A stretch of 56,882 bases of DNA from Methanobacteriota archaeon (lineage in GTDB: Archaea > Thermoplasmatota > Thermoplasmata > RBG-16-68-12), in the NCBI GenBank assembly GCA_005878915.1, contig VBML01000026.1, positions 1 to 56,882 of the forward strand, in the 5' to 3' direction. Below, one piece after another: positions 9,209 through 18,254 of the stretch (positions are counted from its first letter, which is position 1; each line of letters opens with the position of its first letter). Position numbers and translations under genes: made by a program. The notes under the pieces were generated by a model. That model saw only the letters and a program-made list of their open reading frames with translations. It was not told the DNA's origin and did no database searches.

Positions 9209-9225
9209 GGAGAAACCTTAAGCCG
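9209..9225 (+). promoter_or_regulatory. TATA-like promoter element for leuB (GGAGAAACCTTAAGCCG)
   Basis: AT-rich core AACCTTAAG centred about 30 nt upstream of ATG 9248. A near-identical copy lies at 6064-6079. Confidence 0.45.
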
Positions 9226-9247
9226 ATTCCGCTGCATCGCCAGCGCG

Positions 9248-10366
9248 ATGGCTCTCAAGATCGTCCTCCTGGCGGGGGACGGCACCGGCCCGGAGGTGAT
9301 GCGGGAGGGGGTGAAGATTCTCAAGGCCGTGGGCTCCGCTTATGGCCTCTCGTTCGAGCTCGTCCCATATCCGTGCGGGGGGCAGCACTACCTCGATACC
9401 GGGGAGGAGTGGCCCGACACGGCGTTCGAGGCGTGCAAGGCCGCGGACGCGATTCTCCTCGGGGCCGTCGGCATCCCAGAGGCCCGCCTCCCTAACGGGG
9501 ACCTCGCTGGCGCGGGCGTAATCTTCGGCCTCCGGTTCGGGCTCGACCTCTACGCGAACGTGCGGCCGACCAAGTTGTACCCGAACGTCCGGCACAAGGT
9601 GCACGACGCGTTCAAGCAGGTGTGGGAGCCGGGGAAGGTCGACTTCGTGATCGTGCGGGAGAATACGGAGGGCCTGTACACGCCCGCCCGGGGGTTCCTC
9701 TCCCGCGGCGGTTTGGACGAGCTCGCGGTGGACAGCCGTGTGATTACACGCAAGGGCGCCGAGCGAGTAATCCGGTTCGCATTCGATCTCTCAAAGACGC
9801 GAAAGGGCGCCCCCGCGAACGGCAAGTCATCCGTCACGTGCGTGGACAAGTCGAACGTCGTGGCGGGGGATCGCCTCTGGAGAAAGGTGTACGACGAGGT
9901 CGCCGAAAAGTATCCGGGAATCGGCAGGGACTACGCGTACATCGACGCGTTCCTCCAGTGGCTCGTCCGGTCGCCGGAGAACTACGATGTCGCCGTCGCG
10001 CCGAACGAGTTCGGCGACATCGCGACGGACCTCGCGGCGGTGCTCCAGGGAGGGATGGGGATGGCGGCGGGCGGGAACGTCGGCGATCACCACGGAATGT
10101 TCGAACCGATTCACGGCTCGAGCCCGAAGCATGCGGGGAAGGACGAGGTGAACCCGATGGCGATGATCCTCGCGGTCCAGATGATGCTGGATTGGCTCGG
10201 GCGTCGGCGGAACGACAAGGCCCTGCTCGAAGCCTCGGTATCCGTCGAGAAGGCCGTCGTCGACGTCCTGAAGGCGGGGAAGGTCCTGACATACGACCTT
10301 GGCGGCACCGCGAAGTGCTCGGAGGTCGGGACGGCCATTGCGGCCCGATTGAAGGCGAAGAAGTAG
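9248..10366 (+). CDS. leuB: 3-isopropylmalate dehydrogenase family (isocitrate/homoisocitrate DH-like)
   Basis: Internal ATG 9248 gives MALKIVLLAGDGTGPEVM..., plus NLYANVRP-type and GDIATDLAA.LQGGMGMAAGGN motifs. A TATA-like box lies about 30 nt upstream. Confidence 0.9.
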   Translation: MALKIVLLAGDGTGPEVMREGVKILKAVGSAYGLSFELVPYPCGGQHYLDTGEEWPDTAFEACKAADAILLGAVGIPEARLPNGDLAGAGVIFGLRFGLDLYANVRPTKLYPNVRHKVHDAFKQVWEPGKVDFVIVRENTEGLYTPARGFLSRGGLDELAVDSRVITRKGAERVIRFAFDLSKTRKGAPANGKSSVTCVDKSNVVAGDRLWRKVYDEVAEKYPGIGRDYAYIDAFLQWLVRSPENYDVAVAPNEFGDIATDLAAVLQGGMGMAAGGNVGDHHGMFEPIHGSSPKHAGKDEVNPMAMILAVQMMLDWLGRRRNDKALLEASVSVEKAVVDVLKAGKVLTYDLGGTAKCSEVGTAIAARLKAKK

Positions 10367-10462
10367 CGGCCGGTCGGGGAGGGCCAGGGACAGGCCGCGC
10401 GCGTCGCTGGCAAACGTATTTATCGCGCTCCCCGAATCCTTCTGGCGGGAGAGGGGTTCATC

Positions 10463-13282
10463 GTGTCCTTCGGGGGTCTCGTCAAAGCGTCAGCTCTTGT
10501 CATCGTCCTGTTGCTTACGGCCGTCTCCGCGCTCGCGTCCGTCGCGGGGCCGGCAAGCGTCTTGGCAGCCCCGCCCGGAGTCGACCCCGCGTTGCCACTG
10601 GGCGAAGGCAAGGTTCGGACGGACAAGAACTGCTACCTCCCCGGCCAGATGATCACGATCACGCTGAAGAACGTCGGAAAGCTTCCGCTCCTCTACAGCT
10701 CCGTTCCCGACTTCGAGGTCGAGAGCGAGACGATCGGGACCGTCCGGATGGTCCGCGACTGGCAACGCGGTAGGTTCCGGCTCGACCCGGGCGCCTCGAT
10801 GACTTGGACGTGGAATCAGAAGTGGCGGGCGTGGGACGCGAACGGCCACGAGCTGAACAAGGGGATGTTTGTGCCTCGGGGCGCGTACATCGTGCTCGCG
10901 GAGGCGCTCGTGGGCGTGGAGATTCCCGACATCGTCGAGATCGCCCGCTCGAGGTTCTCGATTGGCGACTGCCTCGCGCAGATCACCGCGGGCGACGACA
11001 TCGTTGCCGCAGAAGGTCAGGAGTTCCGGTTCAGTCCTCGAATTCAGATCACCGGAGACGCGACGATCTCGTCCGTGACGTGGGACCTCGATCCGACGGT
11101 GGACGCGAACGGGGACGGGAACTTCACGAACGACATCGACTTGGCGGGCCGGACTCCCTCATACACGTTCGGGGATGACGGCGTCTTCACCGTCACGATG
11201 AACGTGCGTGGCTTCGGCAAGATCTCCGGGATGGACCGCCCCGCCCAGGACACGATTTTCACGATCGACAGCTCGGACTCGATGCAGGCGCGGGACCCCC
11301 TCGAGTACCGCAAGATCTCGGTGAAGGACTACGTCGACTGGATGGTCCCCGCAGACCGCGGGGCCGTCGTCGACTTTGACTCCTTGGGCCGCCTCGTCAG
11401 CGGGGACCACCTCAGCACGAACTACGGGAAGATCAAGTCGAACGTCGACACGATCGACAGCTCGGGCGGCGTGTTCCTCTCCGCGGGCCTCTTCGTGTCC
11501 CTCTACGAGCTCCGAGACTACGGGGACAAGAGCCACAAGTGGATCATGATCTTCTTGACGGGGGCGGAGACGGAGGACCCGCGGGACCCGTTCTACATCC
11601 CCCGCGCGATCGACTTCGCCAAGGACCTCGGGGTGACGATCTACACCGTGGGCCTGAACATCGTCGAGGGCGACAAGATCCAGCTGATGAAGAAGATCGC
11701 CTCGGACACGGGAGGCCGGTACTTCAGCGCCGCGACAACGTCGAACCTCCGCCAGATCTTCGACGACCTATCCGCGGACGCGAACACGAGCCAGGGGTTC
11801 TATTTCACCGTGAGCGACGCTCTCAGCGTCACGGTGGGCAACCTCCCGCCCGTGTTGTCTATCGACCCGAACGCCCCGACGGACGTGTCGATCGAGGCGG
11901 TCCTCCCGGCGAACGTCTCGGACCCCGGGTCGGACGACGTCACGCTCACATGGGACTGGGGCGACGGCCGGTCCGACACGCGGACCTTCTTCAACGATGG
12001 CGTCGGCCCGGATCCCTTCCCGAGCCCATGGGGTTCGCCAACCTCCTTCGTCGACGTGGGCCGGCACGTGTACCGGTTGTCGGGCGACTACACCGTCACC
12101 CTGAGGGCCACCGACGACGACGGCGGGACCGCGGCGACGAGCGTCGTCATTCACGTCTCATCGTCGTCGGACCTGAAGCACGAAGCGATTCAGCGCCTCA
12201 AAGCCCTCAAGGACCAGGCGCTCGCGCGAGGCGACAAGACGTTCGTCCGCGCGCTCGACGAATCGGAGGAGGCGGTGTGGGAGAGCCTCGGGTTCAAAGA
12301 ACCGTTCCGCCCCACCTCCGTCGCCGCCCGTCCCGGCATGGACGTCACCGCGCGATCACGGGACCACGACAAGGTGCGGCTCGCCCTCGGACCCTCCTGG
12401 GACGGCCGGCTCGCGAGCTACAAATCCCTCCGGATCGCGTGGTCGAACGGAGTCGTCACGGTGATCGATCTTCCCCAAGGCTGGTCCACGAAGGACCGCG
12501 AGTTCCACGTCACACCGTGGGTCGACTCCTGGCACCAGGACGTCCGGATTCACACGGAGCGGGAGAGGAAGAACCGGCCGATGACCCTCGACGTCCGCGC
12601 CCACGAGGCGAGCCTGAACTTCGCGCTCTCCTTCGACGGGGACCTCGTCTCGCAGCTCGTCTTCACCTACTCGATGCGCCACCTGTGGGTCGACGCGACC
12701 CATCTCGACCCGAAGCACGGCGAGAGGGTGTTCGACGAGGAGCGGCACGCGGTCCGGGAGCTCCTGTGCGGCGGGGAGGGTGACGACGGCGAGGACGACG
12801 ACTCCCACGGCAACCCCGGCGCGCTCGGAGACGACGACCACGACCACGAGGGGTGCGCGGGCGACGGTGACGATCACGATGACGACGATTGCGACGACGA
12901 CTCAACCGGCGGCATCGGAATCCGTGACGACGACGATTGCGATGACAACGGCGCCGCCGCGATGCCCGGGTGCGCGCTCGATCCCCGGATGTGGACGGAT
13001 GCCGAGCGGGCCGACCTGGATCGGGAGTGCGACGCCATCGCGAACCTCCTCGTGAAGGCGGACGAGATGCTCGCCCTCGTCGCGCTGGAGGACGCGCAAA
13101 ACGCGCCGATCCAGAACCCGAACCACGCGAAGGACGTGCAGCACGAAATTGAGAAGGCGGAGAAGGAACTGACGAAGGCGTCCTCCGAGTGGGACCGGCG
13201 CGCGTACGCCGATGCGATCAGCCACTTCGGGGAGGCGTGGGAGCATGCCCAGGAAGCGATCGAAGAGGCGGCGAAGCTGTAG
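10463..13282 (+). CDS. Secreted PKD-vWA-PKD protein with Asp/His/Cys-rich insert and shared helical C-terminal module
   Basis: GTG start and signal peptide (ALVIVLLLTAVSALASVAG). PKD-like segments (DPGSDDVTLTWDWGDG...YTVTLRATDDDGG). vWA domain with MIDAS DSSDS (IFTIDSSDSMQ). The C-terminal ~370 aa are homologous to the C-terminus of the 49226..52789 protein. Confidence 0.85.
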   Translation: MSFGGLVKASALVIVLLLTAVSALASVAGPASVLAAPPGVDPALPLGEGKVRTDKNCYLPGQMITITLKNVGKLPLLYSSVPDFEVESETIGTVRMVRDWQRGRFRLDPGASMTWTWNQKWRAWDANGHELNKGMFVPRGAYIVLAEALVGVEIPDIVEIARSRFSIGDCLAQITAGDDIVAAEGQEFRFSPRIQITGDATISSVTWDLDPTVDANGDGNFTNDIDLAGRTPSYTFGDDGVFTVTMNVRGFGKISGMDRPAQDTIFTIDSSDSMQARDPLEYRKISVKDYVDWMVPADRGAVVDFDSLGRLVSGDHLSTNYGKIKSNVDTIDSSGGVFLSAGLFVSLYELRDYGDKSHKWIMIFLTGAETEDPRDPFYIPRAIDFAKDLGVTIYTVGLNIVEGDKIQLMKKIASDTGGRYFSAATTSNLRQIFDDLSADANTSQGFYFTVSDALSVTVGNLPPVLSIDPNAPTDVSIEAVLPANVSDPGSDDVTLTWDWGDGRSDTRTFFNDGVGPDPFPSPWGSPTSFVDVGRHVYRLSGDYTVTLRATDDDGGTAATSVVIHVSSSSDLKHEAIQRLKALKDQALARGDKTFVRALDESEEAVWESLGFKEPFRPTSVAARPGMDVTARSRDHDKVRLALGPSWDGRLASYKSLRIAWSNGVVTVIDLPQGWSTKDREFHVTPWVDSWHQDVRIHTERERKNRPMTLDVRAHEASLNFALSFDGDLVSQLVFTYSMRHLWVDATHLDPKHGERVFDEERHAVRELLCGGEGDDGEDDDSHGNPGALGDDDHDHEGCAGDGDDHDDDDCDDDSTGGIGIRDDDDCDDNGAAAMPGCALDPRMWTDAERADLDRECDAIANLLVKADEMLALVALEDAQNAPIQNPNHAKDVQHEIEKAEKELTKASSEWDRRAYADAISHFGEAWEHAQEAIEEAAKL

Positions 13283-13297
13283 CGCAATCGACCGCGG

Positions 13298-13852
13298 CTA
13301 TGCGAGCCACTTGCCCATCATGATGTCGTCGACCAGCTCTCCGCGGATGCGGTACTGGCCCTTGCGGACCCCTTCGATCTCGAAGCCGAGGTTCTTGTAC
13401 AGTGCGATCGCGCGCGTGTTCGTTGAGAATACCTGGAGACACGCCTTCTCGAGCCGCCGGTCGCGCATCCACTCGAAGAGGCGTTCGATCATCGCGCGAC
13501 CGAGGCCCAGGTTTCGATACCCCTCGCGAATCGCGATGCCAATCGTGCCGACGTGAGTCTCCTTCGGCGAGCGCCCGACGTGGGCATCGGCCTGCCCCAC
13601 GATCTTCCCGCCATCTTCCGCGACGAGGAGGATCGAGCTGACCCCGTCGAACTCTCGAATCCACTCCCGCTCCGCGTCAAGGTTGTCCCCAACCGTCTCG
13701 ATGAGGATGTAGTCGATTTCCGCACCGACGCTGTTGATGTTTTCCTGGAGGCGGGCCGCGTCGTCAACGACAGCGGGGCGAATCGTCACCGCGCGACCGT
13801 TCTTGAGGCGGACGGTGTCGGCCCGCATTACGTTCGAGGCGTGAGCGACCAT
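13298..13852 (-). CDS. GNAT family N-acetyltransferase
   Basis: 184 aa. Acetyl-CoA binding pattern IAIREGYRNLGLGRAMIERL and ...NTRAIALYKNLGFEIEG. Confidence 0.85.
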   Translation of the reverse strand: MVAHASNVMRADTVRLKNGRAVTIRPAVVDDAARLQENINSVGAEIDYILIETVGDNLDAEREWIREFDGVSSILLVAEDGGKIVGQADAHVGRSPKETHVGTIGIAIREGYRNLGLGRAMIERLFEWMRDRRLEKACLQVFSTNTRAIALYKNLGFEIEGVRKGQYRIRGELVDDIMMGKWLA

Positions 13853-14075
13853 GACGGGTGCGTGGAACCTCGCCTTGGTTTTTGGCTTTCCGGTCCCAAC
13901 TCAGCGTGGGAACTTGTCGTCCCTTCCGCGCCGGCCCGCCCCTCTCCCGAGGGCTCGATCGTTCGGAACATCTCCGTGTGAATTGAATCGACCTTCACGG
14001 TCACCCCATATAGGGCACCCAGACGGGAACGAAGCCCGTTGAACAAGACGCCACAGGATGTCGGCCCGCCGGTTT

Positions 14076-17042
14076 TCAAGGTCTCGGCGGTTCCGGATTG
14101 ATGGTGGCCACCCCACCCTGGCGACGGCGACGTAGCAGGAGGACGAGGAGGGAGACTACGATAGCGGCGAGGAGGACGATGACGGCGACCCAAGCGGCGC
14201 CCACGCCGACGGGAGTCTGGGTCGACGGTCTCGGTAGGGTGAAGCTCCATGTGAGATTGGACCCCATCGAATTCCCCAGAACATCGGTCAGGGTCCCGGC
14301 GAGCCGGACTTGGTACGTGGTCCCCTGGGTCAGGTTCGCGTCGGGCACGAAGACGAACGACGCATCGTCCGCGGTCCAGTAGAATGTGCCGTCGCCCGCA
14401 TCCCAGGACTGAGCCCCATCGGTTAGGTGAAAGGCGGCCTCCACACTGCTGCGGTTGACAGCTTCCGAGAACCGCGCCGTTATCGCGGCGATCGTGCCCG
14501 TGAGGTCCCCCCTCGGGCCATAGTCGACGACGGTTGGTGCGGTCGTATCGAGTGTGACGGCGAACTGCGCCGAGGCGGTGTTCCCCGCGGCGTCTGTTGC
14601 CTCGATGAGGAACGTGTGGCGACCGTCGGCGAGCCCCGCCATCGGCACGTCGTAGGGAAACAGGAAATCGGATGGGGCCCCTCCGTCGATGCGGAGGGCG
14701 GCCATCGCGAGGTGCGGGTCCGAAACCGCAAAGTTGAGGGTGGTGCCCCCTCGAACGATGGAGTTGTTCGCAGGTGAGGCGAGGTCGATGCTCGGCGGGA
14801 GCGAGTCGGTCGTGAACGAGAAGCTCGCCCTTGTCGTGTTCCCGACGGAGTCCCCCGCGGTCACGTCCAGGGTATGCGTCCCCTCACTCCAGGGAGCCGT
14901 GTCGATGTCCCAGGGCGGGGAGAAATTTGAAACGTACGCTCCATCCAGGACATAATAGGCGAATGACAGGTCGGAGTCCGTGACGGTCAGGTCGACAACG
15001 GTCCCCCGCGGGAAGATTGCGCCGTCGGGTGGGGAATTCAGGACGATTGTCGGGCCGGGGTTCGGCGGCGAGGTCGCCGACTCGAGGTTCTGCAGGGTCC
15101 AGTAGTTGAACACGGTCGAGCCGACGAGCACCCATCCCGTGAACCGGTCATTGCGGTACGCCCAGGTGACGTTCGGGTAGTAAATGGGAATGAAGGGGAG
15201 CTGGTCCGCGAGGATTCCCTGCTCCCAGCCGACCTCGCGGCTCCGGGTCGGGAAGTCCGGGGACGCACGGGAGCGGTCCGCGGCGGAGTCGAAGGGCGTG
15301 TCCGAGAAGCCCGCGACGTTCCGACCCGCGGCGGCGTTCGAGGAATGGAAGAGGTCGAAGAGGTAATCCGGGTCGCCGCGCGAGAGCGTCCACGGGTCGT
15401 TTGCGTGGACGTCGGGGCGCGATAGGATGGCGAGGTCGAAATCGCGGGCACCGACCCTCGAGAGAATGGTGCCGAATGCCGTCGGCCTCGAAATCACGTT
15501 AACGCCGACGGACCGGGCCGCGGCCGCGATCATCGCGCCCGAGGAGGCGAGCGCAGGGTTGTAGTCCGCCTGCGGGGTAAGGATCTCGACTTGCGAGGTT
15601 CCGAGTCGCGGGAAATTCCGGCAGTTCGTCCCATCGTTCTGGCAGGAGTTGGAACCGGTCTTCGTCCAGCCCGCATTGTCTAGGATCAGGGCCGCCCGCG
15701 TCGGGTCGTACCCGTAGTTCGGAAGCGTCCCGTTGAGCCAGCCGTCGTTGAAGGGGCTCACCATCCCCTGCGCGACCACCGCATGGTCCTGGAAGAGCAC
15801 GCGGACTATCGTCTGCGAATCGATCAGATGGACCATCGCTTGGCGAAATGGGAACCCCAAGTCCGAGGCGCGGGACGATGGCGGAAACGGGTCGTAGCCG
15901 AACGGCACCCTCCGCATGTTGAAGAGGAGGACCTTGGGGAAGAGATCAGGGGCCTCGACCAGGCCGATTCGGGGGTCCGACTCCAAATCCGGAAGGAACT
16001 CCGGAGGGAGGGTCCCGAGGATGAGGTCGATCTCGCCCGATTGGAGGGCGAGGACGAGCAGCTGCGTCGTCCGGTAGATCTTGAAGATGATGCCATTGTA
16101 TCGAGGGGCCCCGAACGCGTAGTCGAGATTCACGTCGAGTCGCACGAACGAGCCGAAGGACCACGTCCCGAACCGGAAATGACCGCTCCCGATGACATCC
16201 GCGTCCGTCATCTGCCAGGCCCCCGCGCACGGGTACTGGAACGGTCGGTACGACGTCTCGTCCGTCCGCACGCCCTGGCCGAACCTCGCGTCCGTCTCCG
16301 GATAGATTGCGAGCCCCCAGTCCACGTTGTCGCATCCGGCGGGGAACTGCGGTGGGGTCATCACGGGGTGCCGTCCGCCGCCCGTCCCCTCGAACTCATG
16401 TCGCGGCAGGATTGGAATTCCAAGGGTCGTCCACGGGAAGGGGGCGTACGCGGACGCGAGGGTGAATCGGAGGGCGCTCGTGTTCGTGCTGCTGTCTCCG
16501 TCGTCCACAGGGAGCACCCACAGCCATCGGTCGATGGTGAAGTTCGACCCGGGGCCGCCCCCGAGGTCCATCAGGGGCCTGAGGGGGCCGCTCGCGACGG
16601 GATTCAGGGCGAGGACATGGTACGAGAACAACACGTCCGCCGCCGTCACCGGGACCCCGTCGTGGAACCGCGCATTCCCGAAGTCGTAGAACACGGTGAC
16701 CGTCGTGCCGGAGATGTCGAACACTCCGACCTCTGAGCCGTCGAGGCGCCCGTTTCCGTTCTGATCGATTCCCACTGCGAGTCGCGGCGTGACGTTCCCG
16801 GTCGTCGCGTCCCTCTGCACAGGCGTGTCGTAGACGCGGGCGAGCACGGCCATCGTGTGGGGGTCGTCCAACAACATCGCGGTAAGGAGGTTCCGCATCT
16901 TCATTTGGTCGGAGCTCCCCACGGTAAGCATGGTGGCCGAGGCCGGGACGCGGTCATCCGCCGCCTGAGCTGGAAGGATGACGTTCATCAAAACCAAAAC
17001 CGCGAGGCCCACTACGACTGCCGAATCCCCCCGCGCGCGCAT
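14076..17042 (-). CDS. ABC-type solute-binding protein (family 5, peptide/nickel type) fused to Ig-like modules and a C-terminal TM anchor
   Basis: 988 aa. Signal peptide (VVVGLAVLVLMNVILPAQA), ~600-aa SBP family-5-like body, then Ig-like/SbsA-like modules (TTAPTVVDYGPRG...), a TM helix (AAWVAVIVLLAAIVVSLLVLLL) and RRRRQ. No cognate permease or ATPase genes are adjacent. Confidence 0.8.
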   Translation of the reverse strand: MRARGDSAVVVGLAVLVLMNVILPAQAADDRVPASATMLTVGSSDQMKMRNLLTAMLLDDPHTMAVLARVYDTPVQRDATTGNVTPRLAVGIDQNGNGRLDGSEVGVFDISGTTVTVFYDFGNARFHDGVPVTAADVLFSYHVLALNPVASGPLRPLMDLGGGPGSNFTIDRWLWVLPVDDGDSSTNTSALRFTLASAYAPFPWTTLGIPILPRHEFEGTGGGRHPVMTPPQFPAGCDNVDWGLAIYPETDARFGQGVRTDETSYRPFQYPCAGAWQMTDADVIGSGHFRFGTWSFGSFVRLDVNLDYAFGAPRYNGIIFKIYRTTQLLVLALQSGEIDLILGTLPPEFLPDLESDPRIGLVEAPDLFPKVLLFNMRRVPFGYDPFPPSSRASDLGFPFRQAMVHLIDSQTIVRVLFQDHAVVAQGMVSPFNDGWLNGTLPNYGYDPTRAALILDNAGWTKTGSNSCQNDGTNCRNFPRLGTSQVEILTPQADYNPALASSGAMIAAAARSVGVNVISRPTAFGTILSRVGARDFDLAILSRPDVHANDPWTLSRGDPDYLFDLFHSSNAAAGRNVAGFSDTPFDSAADRSRASPDFPTRSREVGWEQGILADQLPFIPIYYPNVTWAYRNDRFTGWVLVGSTVFNYWTLQNLESATSPPNPGPTIVLNSPPDGAIFPRGTVVDLTVTDSDLSFAYYVLDGAYVSNFSPPWDIDTAPWSEGTHTLDVTAGDSVGNTTRASFSFTTDSLPPSIDLASPANNSIVRGGTTLNFAVSDPHLAMAALRIDGGAPSDFLFPYDVPMAGLADGRHTFLIEATDAAGNTASAQFAVTLDTTAPTVVDYGPRGDLTGTIAAITARFSEAVNRSSVEAAFHLTDGAQSWDAGDGTFYWTADDASFVFVPDANLTQGTTYQVRLAGTLTDVLGNSMGSNLTWSFTLPRPSTQTPVGVGAAWVAVIVLLAAIVVSLLVLLLRRRRQGGVATINPEPPRP

Positions 17043-17137
17043 CTCGTCCCCTACGCGGCGGCCATCGGGCTAGTCCTCTTAACTTGATTGGTACAGTTAG
17101 GCAGCGCGTGACGCCGCGCGGGTCGGTGACTCCGGAT

Positions 17138-18250
17138 TCACAGGGGGAACTTGTCGCTGATCTCCGGTCGCCGGCGCTCCCCGCTCTTCATGAATTCCTC
17201 CATCTGCTCGCGCAGGTGCGGGGGCAGTTCCGCGTACACGTCCGTGAACACCGTCTCCAGCGCGGGCGGCGGGGCCTTCTCGGCGACTCGGATGGCCTCC
17301 GTGATCTGATCGTCGAGTTCTTTCTGGAGGGCGGCATCATCAATCTCGTCCCACAGCTCCCGCTTCTCAAGGTAGCCTTTGAATCGCGAGATCGGATCTT
17401 TCCGCCTCCACTCTTCCACCTGCGCGGCGGGCCGGTACCGGGTGGGGTCGTCGCTCGACGAATGCGGTCCCATCCGATACGTCACCGCCTCGATTAGCGT
17501 GGGCCCGCCGCCCCCGCGTGCTTTGACCGCGGCCTGGTCGGTTGCCTCGATCATCGCGAGCACGTCATTCCCGTCCACCCGGACCCCTTCGAAGCCGTAG
17601 GCCTGGGCCTTGATGGCGAGGGTCTTCGCGGCGGTCTGCTGCTCCCTGGGGACGGAGATCGCCCACTGGTTGTTCTGACAGAGGAAGATCGTCGGCGTTT
17701 TGAACACGCCCGCGAAATTCATCCCGCTGTGGAAGTCCCCCTGGGACGTCGCGCCGTCCCCGAAGAAGACGAGGGTCACGACCTTGTCCCCGCGGATCTT
17801 CGCGGCCCACGCCGCGCCGACGGCCAGCGGGATCTGCGTGCCCACCGGGCTCGACGGCGTGACGTAGTTCACCTCCCGGTTCCCGTAGTGGTTCGGCATC
17901 TGCCGGCCCTTCTCGAGGTCCGCCGCGTTGCCGAAGAACTGGTGCACGAGGGCCTGCAGCGGGAAGCCCCGCCATAGCGCCGCTCCAGGCTCCCGGTATG
18001 CGGGGAACACCCAGTCCTCCGGCTTCAGGGGGAACGTCGCTCCGACCTGGCACGCCTCCTGCCCCGTCGAGGGCACGTAGAACCCGATGCGGCCCTGCCG
18101 CTGGAGGGAGAGCATCCGGTTGTCGAGGGTGCGGACGAGGAGCATCGTCCGGTAGACGTTCAGGAGGTCCTTCTCCGGGAGCCGCGGGTCGAGGGCGGCG
18201 TCGAACGTCCCGTCCGCCTCGACGATGCGGAACATCTCCGCCTCGACCAA
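17138..18250 (-). CDS. 2-oxoacid dehydrogenase E1 component alpha subunit (TPP-dependent), copy 1
   Basis: 370 aa. RMLSLQRQGRIGFY, YREPG, the TPP motif FFGDGATSQGDFH..NFA, and CQNNQWAIS. TTG start at 18250, 4 nt after the lipA stop (alternative ATG at 18235). Confidence 0.9.
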   Translation of the reverse strand: MVEAEMFRIVEADGTFDAALDPRLPEKDLLNVYRTMLLVRTLDNRMLSLQRQGRIGFYVPSTGQEACQVGATFPLKPEDWVFPAYREPGAALWRGFPLQALVHQFFGNAADLEKGRQMPNHYGNREVNYVTPSSPVGTQIPLAVGAAWAAKIRGDKVVTLVFFGDGATSQGDFHSGMNFAGVFKTPTIFLCQNNQWAISVPREQQTAAKTLAIKAQAYGFEGVRVDGNDVLAMIEATDQAAVKARGGGGPTLIEAVTYRMGPHSSSDDPTRYRPAAQVEEWRRKDPISRFKGYLEKRELWDEIDDAALQKELDDQITEAIRVAEKAPPPALETVFTDVYAELPPHLREQMEEFMKSGERRRPEISDKFPL

Positions 18251-18254
18251 GGGC

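Noticed and set aside
8969-9247. Long N-terminal extensions offered by the ORF track. Examples: leuB from 8969, ligase from 31776, lipB up to 25900, the CBS protein up to 54340, TBP up to 56874, leuD from 4918, hbd from 36172, fixB from 23180.
   Set aside because: The extensions overlap neighbouring genes or promoters and are compositionally aberrant. Canonical family N-termini begin at internal ATG/GTG codons with proper TATA spacing or stop-start overlaps.
13853-14075. 223-nt gap with a palindromic CCCCATATAGGG box about 160 nt upstream of the first GNAT. Considered as an ncRNA or small ORF (MFRTIEPSGEG...).
   Set aside because: I found only short 4-5-bp hairpins. The candidate ORF has GGAG abutting the ATG with no spacer and runs into the GNAT gene out of frame. 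This is insufficient evidence for a feature.
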